A stretch of DNA of 20,000 nucleotides from Chiloscyllium plagiosum (GCF_004010195.1 NC_057719.1:79390061-79410060), one strand, 5' to 3'; counted from the first letter of the stretch, positions 1 through 9,943 are shown. Program-made: numbers and translations. The notes: generated by a model from the letters alone, not told the origin.

Positions 1-64
1 GTTATAGAACAACAGGTTTATCTGAAATCACGAGCTTTCAGAGCACTGCTCCTTTGTCAGGTGA
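1..64 (-). mobile_element. Penelope-type repeat terminal fragment with hammerhead-like motif
   Basis: Minus strand reads TCAC-CTGACAA-A-GGAGC-AGT-GCTCT-GAAA-GCTC-GTGA. It shares ttatag..caa..ggtttat.tgaaatcac with 13370-13390. Confidence 0.6.
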
Positions 65-89
65 ACTGCATTAGGGCAATAGACCGGGT

Positions 90-552
90 GAAGAATACAA
101 TGTTACTGCTTCAGAGTAGGCGCACACAGAGCAAAATCTGCATCAAATGTAAAATTTGAGAGGTCCATCCAGGAGTCTAACAACGGTGGGGGAGAAGCTG
201 TCCTTGAAGCTGTTGGTACATGTGTTTAAGATTTCAGTCTGACAGAAGAGGTTGGAAGAGATTATAACCAGGCTGGGAGGGGTCTTTGGTGATGATGGCT
301 GCCCTCCTGAGGCAGCAGGAAGTAGAGATGGAGTCAGTGGATGGAAGGTTGGCTTGCGTGATAGACTGGACAGTGTTCACAACCGTCTGTATTTCTCGCA
401 GTCCTGGGCAGAGCAGTTGCCATACCAAGCCGTGACGTATCTGGATAGGATGCTTTCTATGGTGCATCTAAACAAACTATTGAAGAGTCTTTATGGACAT
501 GTTGAATTTCCTTAGCCTCCTGAGGAAGTTGAGATGATGTTGTGCTTTCTTG
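90..552 (-). mobile_element. Decayed non-LTR retrotransposon 3' fragment, Rex1/Babar-like
   Basis: Minus-strand translation with frameshifts gives KKAQHHLNFLRRLRKFNMS / RCTIESILSRYVTAWYGNCSAQD / KDPSQPGYNLFQPL, typical of the post-RT C-terminus of Rex1/Babar ORFs. Left boundary approximate. Confidence 0.75.
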
Positions 553-1021
553 CACAAGAGAGTGGCAAGAGAATGGTGATCTTATGGAGGTGTAAGGTGA
601 CAGTCTTGGAGAGGATGTAAGATTGGAAACTCAGCTCAAGGTAAAGTAAGACTCTGCGGTTGCAAGTGTACAGGCTAGGGAAGTACACCTTTACTCATAA
701 GTTTAGTCACCGAGCATGTTCGAAGGACCTGCATCATATTGAGGTCAGATCACATGAACATGGAGCATGGTTCAGTAGGGCTCCAAGTGAGATGTCCTCT
801 CTTACCATCCTTTGTATATAGTGATGTTCAATACAGATGTTGCTGTTCACTCACACGCAACAGCAAGCAGTCAGACTGAGCCCCTGAAAGTGGTCAGGCA
901 GGGATTAGGATGTAGTTGGTGATGCAGGAATGGAATTTGTGAATGAAGACAGAAGCTACCAAAATTGACCTTCGTCCACAGGTGGCATATCTAACCTGTG
1001 TCTCCTCTTCTCCCTCACCAG

Positions 1022-1122
1022 GACTATCTTGGTTATATCATTGATGCTCTGGACCTGCCTATCCGTCCTGAACATGTCTGTGCCCTGTTTGGAAACATTG
1101 AGGACATCTACGAGTTTAACAG
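1022..1122 (+). CDS. PLEKHG3: PLEKHG-family RhoGEF internal exon A (DH domain): DYLGYIIDALDLPIRPEHVCALFGNIEDIYEFN(S)
   Basis: Pyrimidine tract tctcctcttctccctcaccAG ends at 1021; donor AG|gtacag at 1123. 101 nt, phase 0 to 2. LFGNIEDIYEF is a typical DH-domain motif. Splices in frame to 3701. Confidence 0.93.
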
Positions 1123-1319
1123 GTACAGGGAGGGAATCTGGCTTCACTTTGCATTTGTCATTTTATTTTCGTTCTCATCACCAGTTGCTTTTGCTTTTTT
1201 AAAAAAAAAGTGTCCTCATTTTACTTTCACCTTGCTTTTCCCTTAATAAATTCCTCTCTATAACTCTTTACGAGCTGTTTGTCTCATTTAGGATTTCACT
1301 GACCTAATTAAAGTTAGCA

Positions 1320-1470
1320 GTTTCAGTGGTGCCTTTGGAAAGGGAATTGTAAAAGGGACACATTTGCAGGACTCTGGGCAAAGATCAGTGGAGTGAGACC
1401 CTATTGGATAGGTCTTTGAAAAAGCTAGTACAGGCATGATGGGCCAAATGGCTTCCTGTAATGTTAAATG
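1320..1470 (+). mobile_element. CR1-type LINE 3' end fragment
   Basis: Ends with caggcatgatgggccaaatggcttcct, resembling the conserved CR1 3' UTR hairpin. Degenerate. Confidence 0.5.
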
Positions 1471-2021
1471 CCATTGATCCCTGTGCTTTCTCAGATATAT
1501 AAGCAATGCACGCAGCCTGCAGAGTATATACCCTTGTTCTAGTGTTTGTGGGGTCTTTACCTGTATGAGTGAGCACAGTAGGTGTTGTTTTTAGATTAGT
1601 TGAGAAGCAGAATGTCACAAATGTGGAGTACCATGTGAAGTTTCTCCCGCTCTTGCTTCCGATCATTGTAAACACGAGAATGTTGATGTATTGCTTTTCT
1701 GATGGGTTTTTGTTGTAACAGGGTCACCACGGTGAACTCTTGGGTGGCTAATTCAACTACCAACTGACTTGGAGAAGCAAACCACAGATGGGAGATGTTT
1801 GTTTCTGTGATTCAGGCTTGCCAAGGCTTTTGTATTTGTACCTGCGTGACTCAGCTACTGCCTAATTCCAACCTAATTTGCATTTGCAGACAAGCCGTTT
1901 ACATATATCGCCACAGTTTGATCAGAATGAGCAGCAGAGGCCTCATCTGGTTTCTGTCGCTGTGAAATAAGTTTTATCCAGCAATGACTGCCGGTCAGCT
2001 GTTTATATAGAATCACCTGTT

Positions 2022-2160
2022 GGTGGATCACTGTTAGATCCGGAGTCACTGGGTGGATCACTGTTAGATCCCGAGCCCCTAGGTAGATCGACACTAGATT
2101 CCAAGCCCCTGGGTAGATCGGTGCGAGACCCCGGGCCCCTGGGTAGATCACTGTTGGATT
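2022..2160. repeat. 30-bp minisatellite, about 4.6 copies
   Basis: GGT(G/A)GATC recurs at 2022, 2052, 2082, 2112 and 2142. Unit approximately GGTAGATCACTGTTAGATCCCGAGCCCCTG. Confidence 0.9.
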
Positions 2161-2463
2161 TTGACATACTTGGTTAGTCTGATGCTGGCTGAATCACTGT
2201 TTAGATTCTTAGACACTGGCCCTATGGCACCAGCCCCTCGTTATTCCACTCACCCTTCCCTTCCCTCCCTCCCCTCCCAACACCCTGCCCCCAATGGTGG
2301 ATGAAGCATCTTGATGTGAACCTTGCTGTGGTAACTGGCGCACATTTTAGTATCAATATTTCCACTGTGTTCTGGGCAATTTCAAATTAACTGTGATACA
2401 TTGTTGGCTCTGTTGTTTGTCTCGCAATCTCATTGCTGTATATTAATTTTTGCCTTCGTACAG

Positions 2464-2482
2464 GATTACTCCCCTTCTGGAG
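2464..2482 (+). other. Candidate 19-nt alternative microexon (GATTACTCCCCTTCTGGAG)
   Basis: tattaatttttgccttcgtacAG acceptor and consensus GAG|GTGAGT donor. TGC at 2451-2453; TGCATG at 2555 and 2634. No transcript evidence. Confidence 0.4.
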
Positions 2483-3436
2483 GTGAGTTGTGTACATGAT
2501 CCTGGAACTTTCCTCATCTAATGTTTTCCCTCTCTCCTTTCAGCACTGTGCATCTGCATGTGTGTCCATCTGTGTCTGGCTGCACATGACCATCTTGAAT
2601 CTTTCTCTTTCTCTTTCTGTCTCTCTCATTCTGTGCATGTCGAGTGGAGCTCTCTGCAGTCTCAGCATCTGCACCATCCTCATTCCTTTGGCCTTTGTCA
2701 CTGTGTGTGCTGTAACTGGTGAAAGAAGAAGAGCTGATGTCAGTGATGCCTCTGGCCTTCCATGTTCACTTTTGTGGGAATGTGAGGAACAGATTGGAGT
2801 TGTCCATCGGAGCAACCACTGGAGGCTTTGGAACCAGTGGCTGATGGACCTTTACACCCACAAAGTCTCAAATTGTAAATTCTCACCGTCTCATTTAGTT
2901 CTGTCCTTGGCCTTGCCTCTCCATGTCCTGATGGTCTCTGCTGTTCCAGCAAGCCTCTGCATTTTTCTCAATCTGCCTCCCTGTGAAACTGCCGTTCTCT
3001 TTTCACCAAGATTGGAAACTATCATTTCATATGGACGTAGCCTAGGTGTTTGGAATGATTTTGTGAAAATATTTTGAAGGGCTCATTGCCAGATGTTTGT
3101 CTTCCTCTTCCATCTCTCCCTTCTCCAAAAGGGATAGTCAAAGTGCGATGTTGCATAGTGGAATGGACAGTCACTGCGCAGTGTTGGACATTTTGACTGT
3201 TGGGGGGTGATGTAAATTGGTGATAGCAACTTCACTTGAAATAAAGTTGGAATATTGTGAACTTGGCTCCCCTGTTTTATTTATGTATCAAAACCAAGTC
3301 AAGCATCCCTGTTGTCAGCTGAAAGGGATGCAAATAGTTTGGCTTGCAAGCTGTAAATATTTTTGTGTAGATAACATCACGTTTCCCATTTCCTTTGCAG
3401 GCAAATGTATGCAAACCCATTGTTTGAATTATCCAG

Positions 3437-3698
3437 GACGTGGTCATTTATTTTGATGTTTGGTGGCCTAATGTTTGTTTGTTTTTTCTCTCCCTCTTCC
3501 CTCCTTCTGTTTCTCATCCTCTTCAATATCTACTTCCTCTTGTCTGTCTGTTTATCTAAATGCATTCTGTTCTCTGCTCACTCTCTCCATCGCCTGCTCC
3601 CTCTAATCTGTCTCCCTACCCATTCTCCCACTTTTTCTCTGTCCTCCTACCTCTCTCCCTCTCTGTCCTGTCCTCTTTTCTCCACACACACTCTTCAC
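3437..3698 (+). promoter_or_regulatory. Extended AG-exclusion zone / long CT-rich polypyrimidine tract with candidate distant branch points
   Basis: No AG dinucleotide between 3436 and the acceptor AG at 3699-3700. CCTAAT (3467-3472) and CTCTAAT (3601-3607) are each followed by pyrimidine runs. Confidence 0.6.
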
Positions 3699-3700
3699 AG

Positions 3701-3770
3701 TGACCTGCTGCAAGACCTTGATAGCTGTCACCATGACCCTGTGGCCATTGCCAGATGCTTTGTGGACAAG
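3701..3770 (+). CDS. PLEKHG3: PLEKHG-family exon B (DH domain): (S)DLLQDLDSCHHDPVAIARCFVDK
   Basis: Acceptor ctcttcacAG (3699-3700), donor AAG|gtgagg. 70 nt, phase 2 to 0. LLQDLD..DPVAIA.CFV matches PLEKHG1/3. Confidence 0.93.
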
Positions 3771-4998
3771 GTGAGGCACACTTTTTAACTCATTGTCAGA
3801 ATCCTGACCGTTGTCTACTGCAGGCTGTGGTGAGGGCCCAAGACTCATGAGGGAGATGATCTCCCTCAAGTGGTGCTCTGTTTGGTTTAGAAGCCTCTGT
3901 GCTGTTTTATTTGACGTTATTGTTACACTCTAAGTATGGACAGCCAGGAGGTGTGTGCAGTGGGGCCAATGGGCTTCAACACCTGTATTCTGGGCTGGTT
4001 TGAAGATAGTTCTCTGAGGAGCATGCACAGCCTGATCAAGACTGTCCTTCTCTGACCTGGACCATACTTGTCTTGGTGGAGAAAGTCTTGAGATGCAGTA
4101 GGTATCATCCTTATAGCTTGACAAGAACCTCAGGGTTCAGGTTTCCTCTCCACTCCTTCCAATTTTCCATGTTCACTGCCCTGAATGGGAACAGGGACTA
4201 CAATTTTAAAAAGTGGACACTGTAAAAGAATCCGAGCTGTATAAATGGGAAACTTGTTGACACATAAACCTATCCTTATCAAGGATGAACAGGTTTGTGC
4301 CATGAAACTACAAATTGCATTTATATATTATCATGGATATAATAAAATATTGCACATCATTCCACAAATAGAAAAATAAGATGGTGAGGGGGTGGAGACC
4401 GTGTCAAGACCGCTAAAGCAGTGACCTCACTGTCTGAAAGAACACTTCCTGACCAGGTACATCAAGGGTTTAAATACAGAGTAAAGTGACTTGCACACTG
4501 TTCCATCCAAAGGCGAGTAAGTACTGGAATCACCATCAGAAATGTTAACTAGTACATAGCTAGGTAGATGTGTTTCTGGCACATATTTTGCTCAACTTGA
4601 TGAGCAAAATGAATTGAGAATGGATCTGGGTTTGATTCAATGTGAGAGTTGCAGACAAGTTTGATTACACAGGCTAAGCTAAACAACAGGGTAACACAAT
4701 CAGATAAACACAATGACACAGTCAGATCCCATGGTAACACAATGAACATAGGTAGTCACCTACTTTCCTGACCTTGATATATGACGTACAAACCTGTAAC
4801 CAAATCCCAAGTGGGTAAAAACATCATTTATCACATTATGGACCAAGCTTTGACATAGTTTTCTCTTTAAACAGTCTGCTGGTACTTGGAAAGATCTTAC
4901 AGGACTACAACAGTGGGAACAATCAATCATATCTCAGTCATTGGGTTGTAACCAAGTTACTTAGTGGCAAAAAGAAGCAGAACCATCAATATTTAGGA

Positions 4999-5216
4999 CA
5001 GGGTTTTTCAAATTCCTTTTTGACTGTGACCCCATTTTGGAAATTTTCATGAACCCTCTGTGAGAGCAGGAAGCGGAGTGGAGGGGAGTAAAGGGTGAGC
5101 TGAAAGGAGATGGGTTTGAGTTGCACAGCAGCTATTGCTGCCTCTGTGCTGGCAACTCTAAAATTGAAGCTTATGACCCAACTTGGGATCCCAACCCCTC
5201 ACTTTGGGAAGTCCTG
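4999..5216. mobile_element. hAT/Charlie-like MITE (218 bp)
   Basis: Imperfect TIRs CAGGGTTTTTCAAA ... TTTGGGAAGTCCTG. Flanking 8-mers ATTTAGGA (4991-4998) and ATTCAAGA (5217-5224) match 6/8, consistent with a decayed 8-bp TSD. Confidence 0.6.
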
Positions 5217-5916
5217 ATTCAAGAACATAGAGTGATGAACGAAAAACCTCTCAAAGTCCATTCAGTTCATTTTCGGCCATTGTGATGGTCAAGGGGTTGC
5301 CATCTATGGCAATAATTCTGTTATTTGGTCCACAGCAGTGAGGCAAACTCCAGTGATAAACAGCATTAGGAACCATATTCGCCTCTCACCTGCTACATTT
5401 ATCATGTCAGGTTTTCCCTCATTATTGGCCCAAAGGTTTCATTCTGCTTTTCATGTCTTGTGAGGGATTGCCTGGCTTCTGGGGTATGGAAACATTTGGT
5501 CATGACCCTCCGGACATCATGAAGTGGGCAGGCTTGATGGAGAATTCAACCTTTTTCTGTCCAGTGACTTTTAGTTTGTATGTTCCATACCTCATATTCA
5601 TCATGCACCGAATCCCACTTGTTGTAAGAATTCTGCCTTACGGTACTCCGTTGTAATGGACAAGAGCCAAGGCTCCAGAACCACACTTGGATGTTAGATA
5701 AGAGCTGAATTGGAGTCTGCTATGAGTGTTCCTTACACATGAGCACATTGCCTGGTGCAAACCTGTTTGAGCCAGTATCATTGTATAAATCATTATGCTC
5801 CTATTTTGACCATAAGCTAACAGGAGTTAGGTAAGTAGGGATGACAGGAGGGGTCACTGGTTTGGATTTCCTACAGTTCACCGGCCATACAATTCATAGA
5901 TTGTTCTCTGTTGCAG

Positions 5917-5963
5917 AGTCAGGATTTTGATATCTACACCCAATACTGCACCAACTACCCCAA
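5917..5963 (+). CDS. PLEKHG3: PLEKHG-family exon C (DH domain): SQDFDIYTQYCTNYP(N)
   Basis: Acceptor ttctctgttgcAG, donor AA|gtaagt. 47 nt, phase 0 to 2. FxIYxxYCxNYP is the DH motif. Too short to appear in the ORF track. Confidence 0.93.
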
Positions 5964-6204
5964 GTAAGTAATTTTCTGTCCAAATGATCACCTTGTTTAT
6001 CTATTTCAGTAATTTGCACACTGGGGCTGTGTAACAATACTGGCACTAGTTTGATAGTCAAATGACCTCCTCAATTCTTTGCACTATTAAATTCCATCTT
6101 CCTGCATCACCAGCCCTTATATCTTTTAGCTGCTATCCTCAACAGTGTTTGTGCCAATTTCTTGTTTCTCTATTAAAGCATCTCTTCCTCTTTCCTCTCC
6201 GCAG

Positions 6205-6355
6205 CTCTGTGGCAGCGCTGACCGAGTGCATGAGGAACAAGATCCTGGCCAAGTTCTTCAGGGAGCGTCAGTCCACTCTAAAGCGCAATCTCCCACTGGG
6301 CTCTTACCTGCTGAAGCCAGTTCAGCGGATCCTCAAGTACCATCTGCTGCTGCAG
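6205..6355 (+). CDS. PLEKHG3: PLEKHG-family exon D (DH domain CR3): (N)[50 protein letters not shown]
   Basis: Acceptor tttcctctccgcAG, donor CAG|gtatga. 151 nt, phase 2 to 0. [19 protein letters not shown] is the Dbl-homology signature. Confidence 0.96.
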
Positions 6356-6526
6356 GTATGACCGTAGTGGCTGGGCGAACGCAGGAGCAAGGGCTCAAAC
6401 TCCAAATTACGGTGGACAGCAGTCCAGAAACTCTGTACACCTACATAAGGGCAATGCTAGACAATGGTTCTGCTTTGTGTATCTATTTCAGATTGATATT
6501 GGGATAAGACCATATTGTTCAATTTA

Positions 6527-6933
6527 CTGTATATACTTGAGTAATAGTCAAAATTTAAGGTTAAATTTATGGAATTGATTATTACATGGATACTACTTTT
6601 GAGGGGCTTAAATTCATGCCAATCAAAATTCATACCTATCATTAGCAGAAACCCAATTGATCTCTAAACGAATAAGTTTAAAAAATGAAAACTCCAGAGT
6701 GTAACACAACAGCCAACAGACTGGAAGACCAGGAGTGGAACTGAACAACCAGCAGACTGGACAGCTGGAGTGGGACATGACGGCTGGCACACTGACTCAT
6801 AAATGTTGATCTATTATCTGTGAAGATGTAGGGTTGAATTTTACACGAGATGCATGGAAAATTCCGGGGTATTTGGCCAAAAATAAGGGGTCGACGTTTT
6901 ACATGAGATCGACTATTACTCGAGTATAAACGG
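6527..6933. mobile_element. Tc1/mariner (Tc2/pogo-like) MITE, 407 bp
   Basis: 23-bp TIRs CTGTATATACTTGAGTAATAGTC (6527-6549) and GACTATTACTCGAGTATAAACGG (6911-6933) match 20/23. TA on the left flank, TG on the right. No transposase ORF. Confidence 0.8.
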
Positions 6934-6959
6934 TGTTTCCTTTTCTCAAGCTGTGTGTC

Positions 6960-7300
6960 TCACTGCCTCTGAATTAGAGATTATGATTTCAGGCCCACTC
7001 AGAATTTGAGCACGTAATTGAGACTGATACGCCAAGTATAATACCGAGGGAGGGCTGCACCAACCGAGATGCTGATGTCAAAATGATCTGGGTGCAAAGC
7101 AACTCCATTGAACTATTTTTGAATAGGGGCAGAGAGGTTTTCCCAGTGCCTTTCTCCCTCCTCAAACAAGACTGAAACCGCTGATCACACATTGGCTGTG
7201 GAAATACTGACTACATTTCACCAAAGGTGTTCATTGGCTGTAATGTGCTTAAGGAATTCCTGACCTTGCGTAAGGCACTAGAGAAATGCAGGGTCTTTCT
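6960..7300 (+). mobile_element. Decayed DeuSINE (SacSINE1/AmnSINE1-like)
   Basis: Motifs cccactc..tttgagcac, gagggagggctgcac, ctattttt..ga, ttcattggctgtaa and the terminal aaatgca..gtctttct occur in the order recalled for the SacSINE1 consensus. Confidence 0.55.
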
Positions 7301-7514
7301 CTCCCCTGAAAGCATGGGGTTCATTACTTCTGAATGTTACCAAGATCTTGTCTTGATCCTCAGGAAGTGCTCAAGGAGGAAGGTCCCACGCAGGATCCCA
7401 CTCTTAAACCGATTTTCCCAATCATTCCCCATGCTATACCCCGTCTTTTGTTGGGTGATACCTGTGCTAACTCCTCCATCCTGTCCAATACAGGCTCAAC
7501 TAGGAGATAGTGAG

Positions 7515-7734
7515 GATTGCAGATGCTGGAGATCAGAGTTGAGAACGTAGTGCTGGAAAAGCACAACAGGTCAGGCAGCATCCAAGGAGCAGGAGAATCG
7601 ACATTTCAGGCATAATCCCTTCATCAGGAAGCTCTTCGTTCCTGATGAAGAGCTTACGCAGGAAACATCGATTCTCCTGCTTCTCGGATGTTGCCTGACC
7701 TGCTGTGCTTTTCCAGCACCATGCTCTTCACTCT
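7515..7734. mobile_element. Palindromic Penelope-type element (two inverted ~96-nt arms, 8-nt loop), each arm with a hammerhead-like motif
   Basis: 7535-7630 is the reverse complement of 7639-7734 (about 80/96 identical by hand alignment); loop GCTCTTCG. Same family as 18299-18420. Confidence 0.8.
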
Positions 7735-8054
7735 CTATATGTCAACAGTGCTTGGATCAATCCAGCTCAGACACCCTGCCAGCCCCTAGCACCAGAAACT
7801 CTGCCTTTCCTGAAGGCAGTTCAGATTCTCCGTGTGAAAGTCACACGTTGGCTTTCAATAAGACTGGGGTTGGAACAGTCAAGTGATTTTTGACTTGATG
7901 GGCCGAAGGGCCTTTATCAGTGCTGTCGACCTCTATGACCAGAAAGTTGCTGGATTCTCATAAAAACCCAAGTGGGTCACTGGGAAGGAAGCTTTCTGTG
8001 CTACTGGGTCTGGCCTGTTGAGTTCTTAGAAATGACAACCTAAGAAGACTTTTT

Positions 8055-9005
8055 TTCAGTGTGGGCACCAATGGCAAGGCTAGCACTTGTAATCCATTAT
8101 TGCCCTGGAAAAGATGGTAGTGAGCTGCCTTCTCGATCTGTGATAGTCTTTAGTGTGTAGGTGCACCCACATATGGTTGGAGAGGGAATTCTACAATTCT
8201 AAACTGTGAAAGAAAGGTGATATATTTCCAAGTCAGATTTGTGCATAATTTGGAAGTGGCAGTGTTCCCATGTATCTGTTGGCTTGAACTTCCTGCTGGC
8301 AGAGGTCATGGCTTTGGAAGGTGCCATTGGAGAAGCCTAGGCAAATTACTGCAATGCATCTTTGAGATTGTACACAATGGCACCACTGTGTTTCAGTGGA
8401 GGGAGTGAATGTTAAGTATTGGATGTGGTGCCAAACATACAGGCCGATTTGGACTGGATGGTGCCAAGTTTCTTGATTATTGTTGGAGCTGCACCCATCC
8501 TGGCAAATGGAGAGTATTCTATCACACTCCTGACTTGTGCCTTCTAAATAGTGAAAAGGTATTGGGGTGCAGAATTTGTAGTCTCTGACCTGTTTTTGTC
8601 ACTGCAATATTTATTTAATTATTCCAATTCAGTTTCTGATGAATGGGAAACCCCAGATTCAGCTAAGTTAATGCCATTGAATGTCAATGATTAGATTCTC
8701 GTTTGTTGGAGATGGTCATTGTCTGGAACGTCTGTGGCATGAATGACACTTGCCACTGATCAGCCCAAACCTGAATATTGTCCAGATCCTGTTGCATTTG
8801 AAACATGAACAACTTCACTATCTGAGGAGTTGTGAATGGTGCTCAACACTGTACAATCGTCAGTGAACATCCCACTTCTGACTTTATGATGGTGGGGAAT
8901 AATAGCTGAAGCAGCTCTGGATGGTTGGGCCTAAGACACTGCTCTGAGGAGGTCCTGAATTGAAATGATTGGCCTGCAGGAACCACAACCATCTCTCTTT
9001 GTGCA
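8055..9005 (-). mobile_element. Decayed CR1/L2-group LINE fragment (same family as 17751-18567)
   Basis: Direct similarity to 17751-18567, e.g. ggagctgcac.catcc.ggcaa.tgg.gagtatt..atcacactcctgacttgtgcctt in both copies. Boundaries approximate. Confidence 0.75.
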
Positions 9006-9615
9006 GGGGCCACAGAGAGAAATTATAGGCCCGAGTGCTTCCATTTCTGAGCCCCATATTCCCAGCCTCAACAACACCACAATAATACATGTTATTTTCT
9101 CCCTTTCAAGATACATCAATCAATTCACCTCGCAATCACTGAATGATCCTAGCAAAACAAAAATACTCATTGTTGGCATTTGGGTGTAAGCATTGTCTGA
9201 TTTATATGCAGCATGGAATATTAGTGGCCCCACCATGACTATGAAAGAAAGCAAGCTCAAATTCCATTTTAGAAGCATTGTGCAATATTCTTAATTCAAT
9301 ATATAAATCCCCTATTATTGATTGATAACACTGTACAGACAATGACTGCCTTATTAAAATGTTGATATGCTGTTCTGACACTGAATTCACACTTGGGGAC
9401 AGAGATTCGATAATGGCAACCTACTTTCCAGAAAACCCTCTCAGGATTTGTTTTACATATTTTGACTTCCTATTCTACAGCAGAAAAGGAAGACTAGCTT
9501 CAGGCTGCAGTTTGGCATTGTCTCATAGTTGGGGAGCCATCAAAGACGGGGGAGGGGGGTGGAAAAGAGAAAGAGAAGGAGGGACGGTCTGCTTCATTTG
9601 CTGCTACCTCATCCT

Positions 9616-9943
9616 GGCACAGTGGCTCAGTGTTTAGCACTGCTGCCTCACAGCGCCAGAGACCCAGGTTCGACTCCAGCCTCTGGCGACTGTCTGTGTG
9701 GAGTTTGCACATTCTCCCTGTGTCTGCGTGGGTTTCCTTCAGGTGCTCCAATTTCCCCTCTCAGTCCAAAGGTTAGGTGCTAAATTGCCCACCGTGTCCA
9801 GGGATGTGTAGATTAGGTGCAATAGTCAGGGGTAAAGGTAGTGTAATGGAGAATGGGCTTGGGTGGGATACTCTTTGGTGGGTTGGTGTGGACTTGTTAG
9901 GCCGAGGGCCTGTTTCCACGTTGGAGGGATTCTATGATTCTAT
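9616..9943 (+). mobile_element. Near full-length HE1-type (V-SINE) tRNA-derived SINE
   Basis: A box TGGCTCAGTG (9623-9632), B box GGTTCGACTCC (9667-9677), V-domain-like ctgtgtggagtttgcacattctccctgtgtctgcgtgggtttcc, LINE-derived tail ggacttgtt.ggccga.ggcctgtttcc and terminal GATTCTATGATTCTAT. Confidence 0.85.

Noticed and set aside
2022..2160. CRISPR array or coding repeat protein (ORF 1873-2151, minus strand)
   Set aside because: Contiguous tandem units without unique spacers; the open frame follows from the 30-bp period.
2490..3077. 195-aa + strand ORF with a hydrophobic N-terminal half and an in-frame acceptor at 2543
   Set aside because: Low-complexity CT/GT-rich translation with no recognisable domain. 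Joining it to the microexon would need a 61-nt intron, below the usual vertebrate minimum.
9616..9690. tRNA gene
   Set aside because: A and B boxes are present, but the sequence continues into a V-SINE body and LINE tail with no proper acceptor stem, so it is a SINE head. The same applies to 17124-17195.
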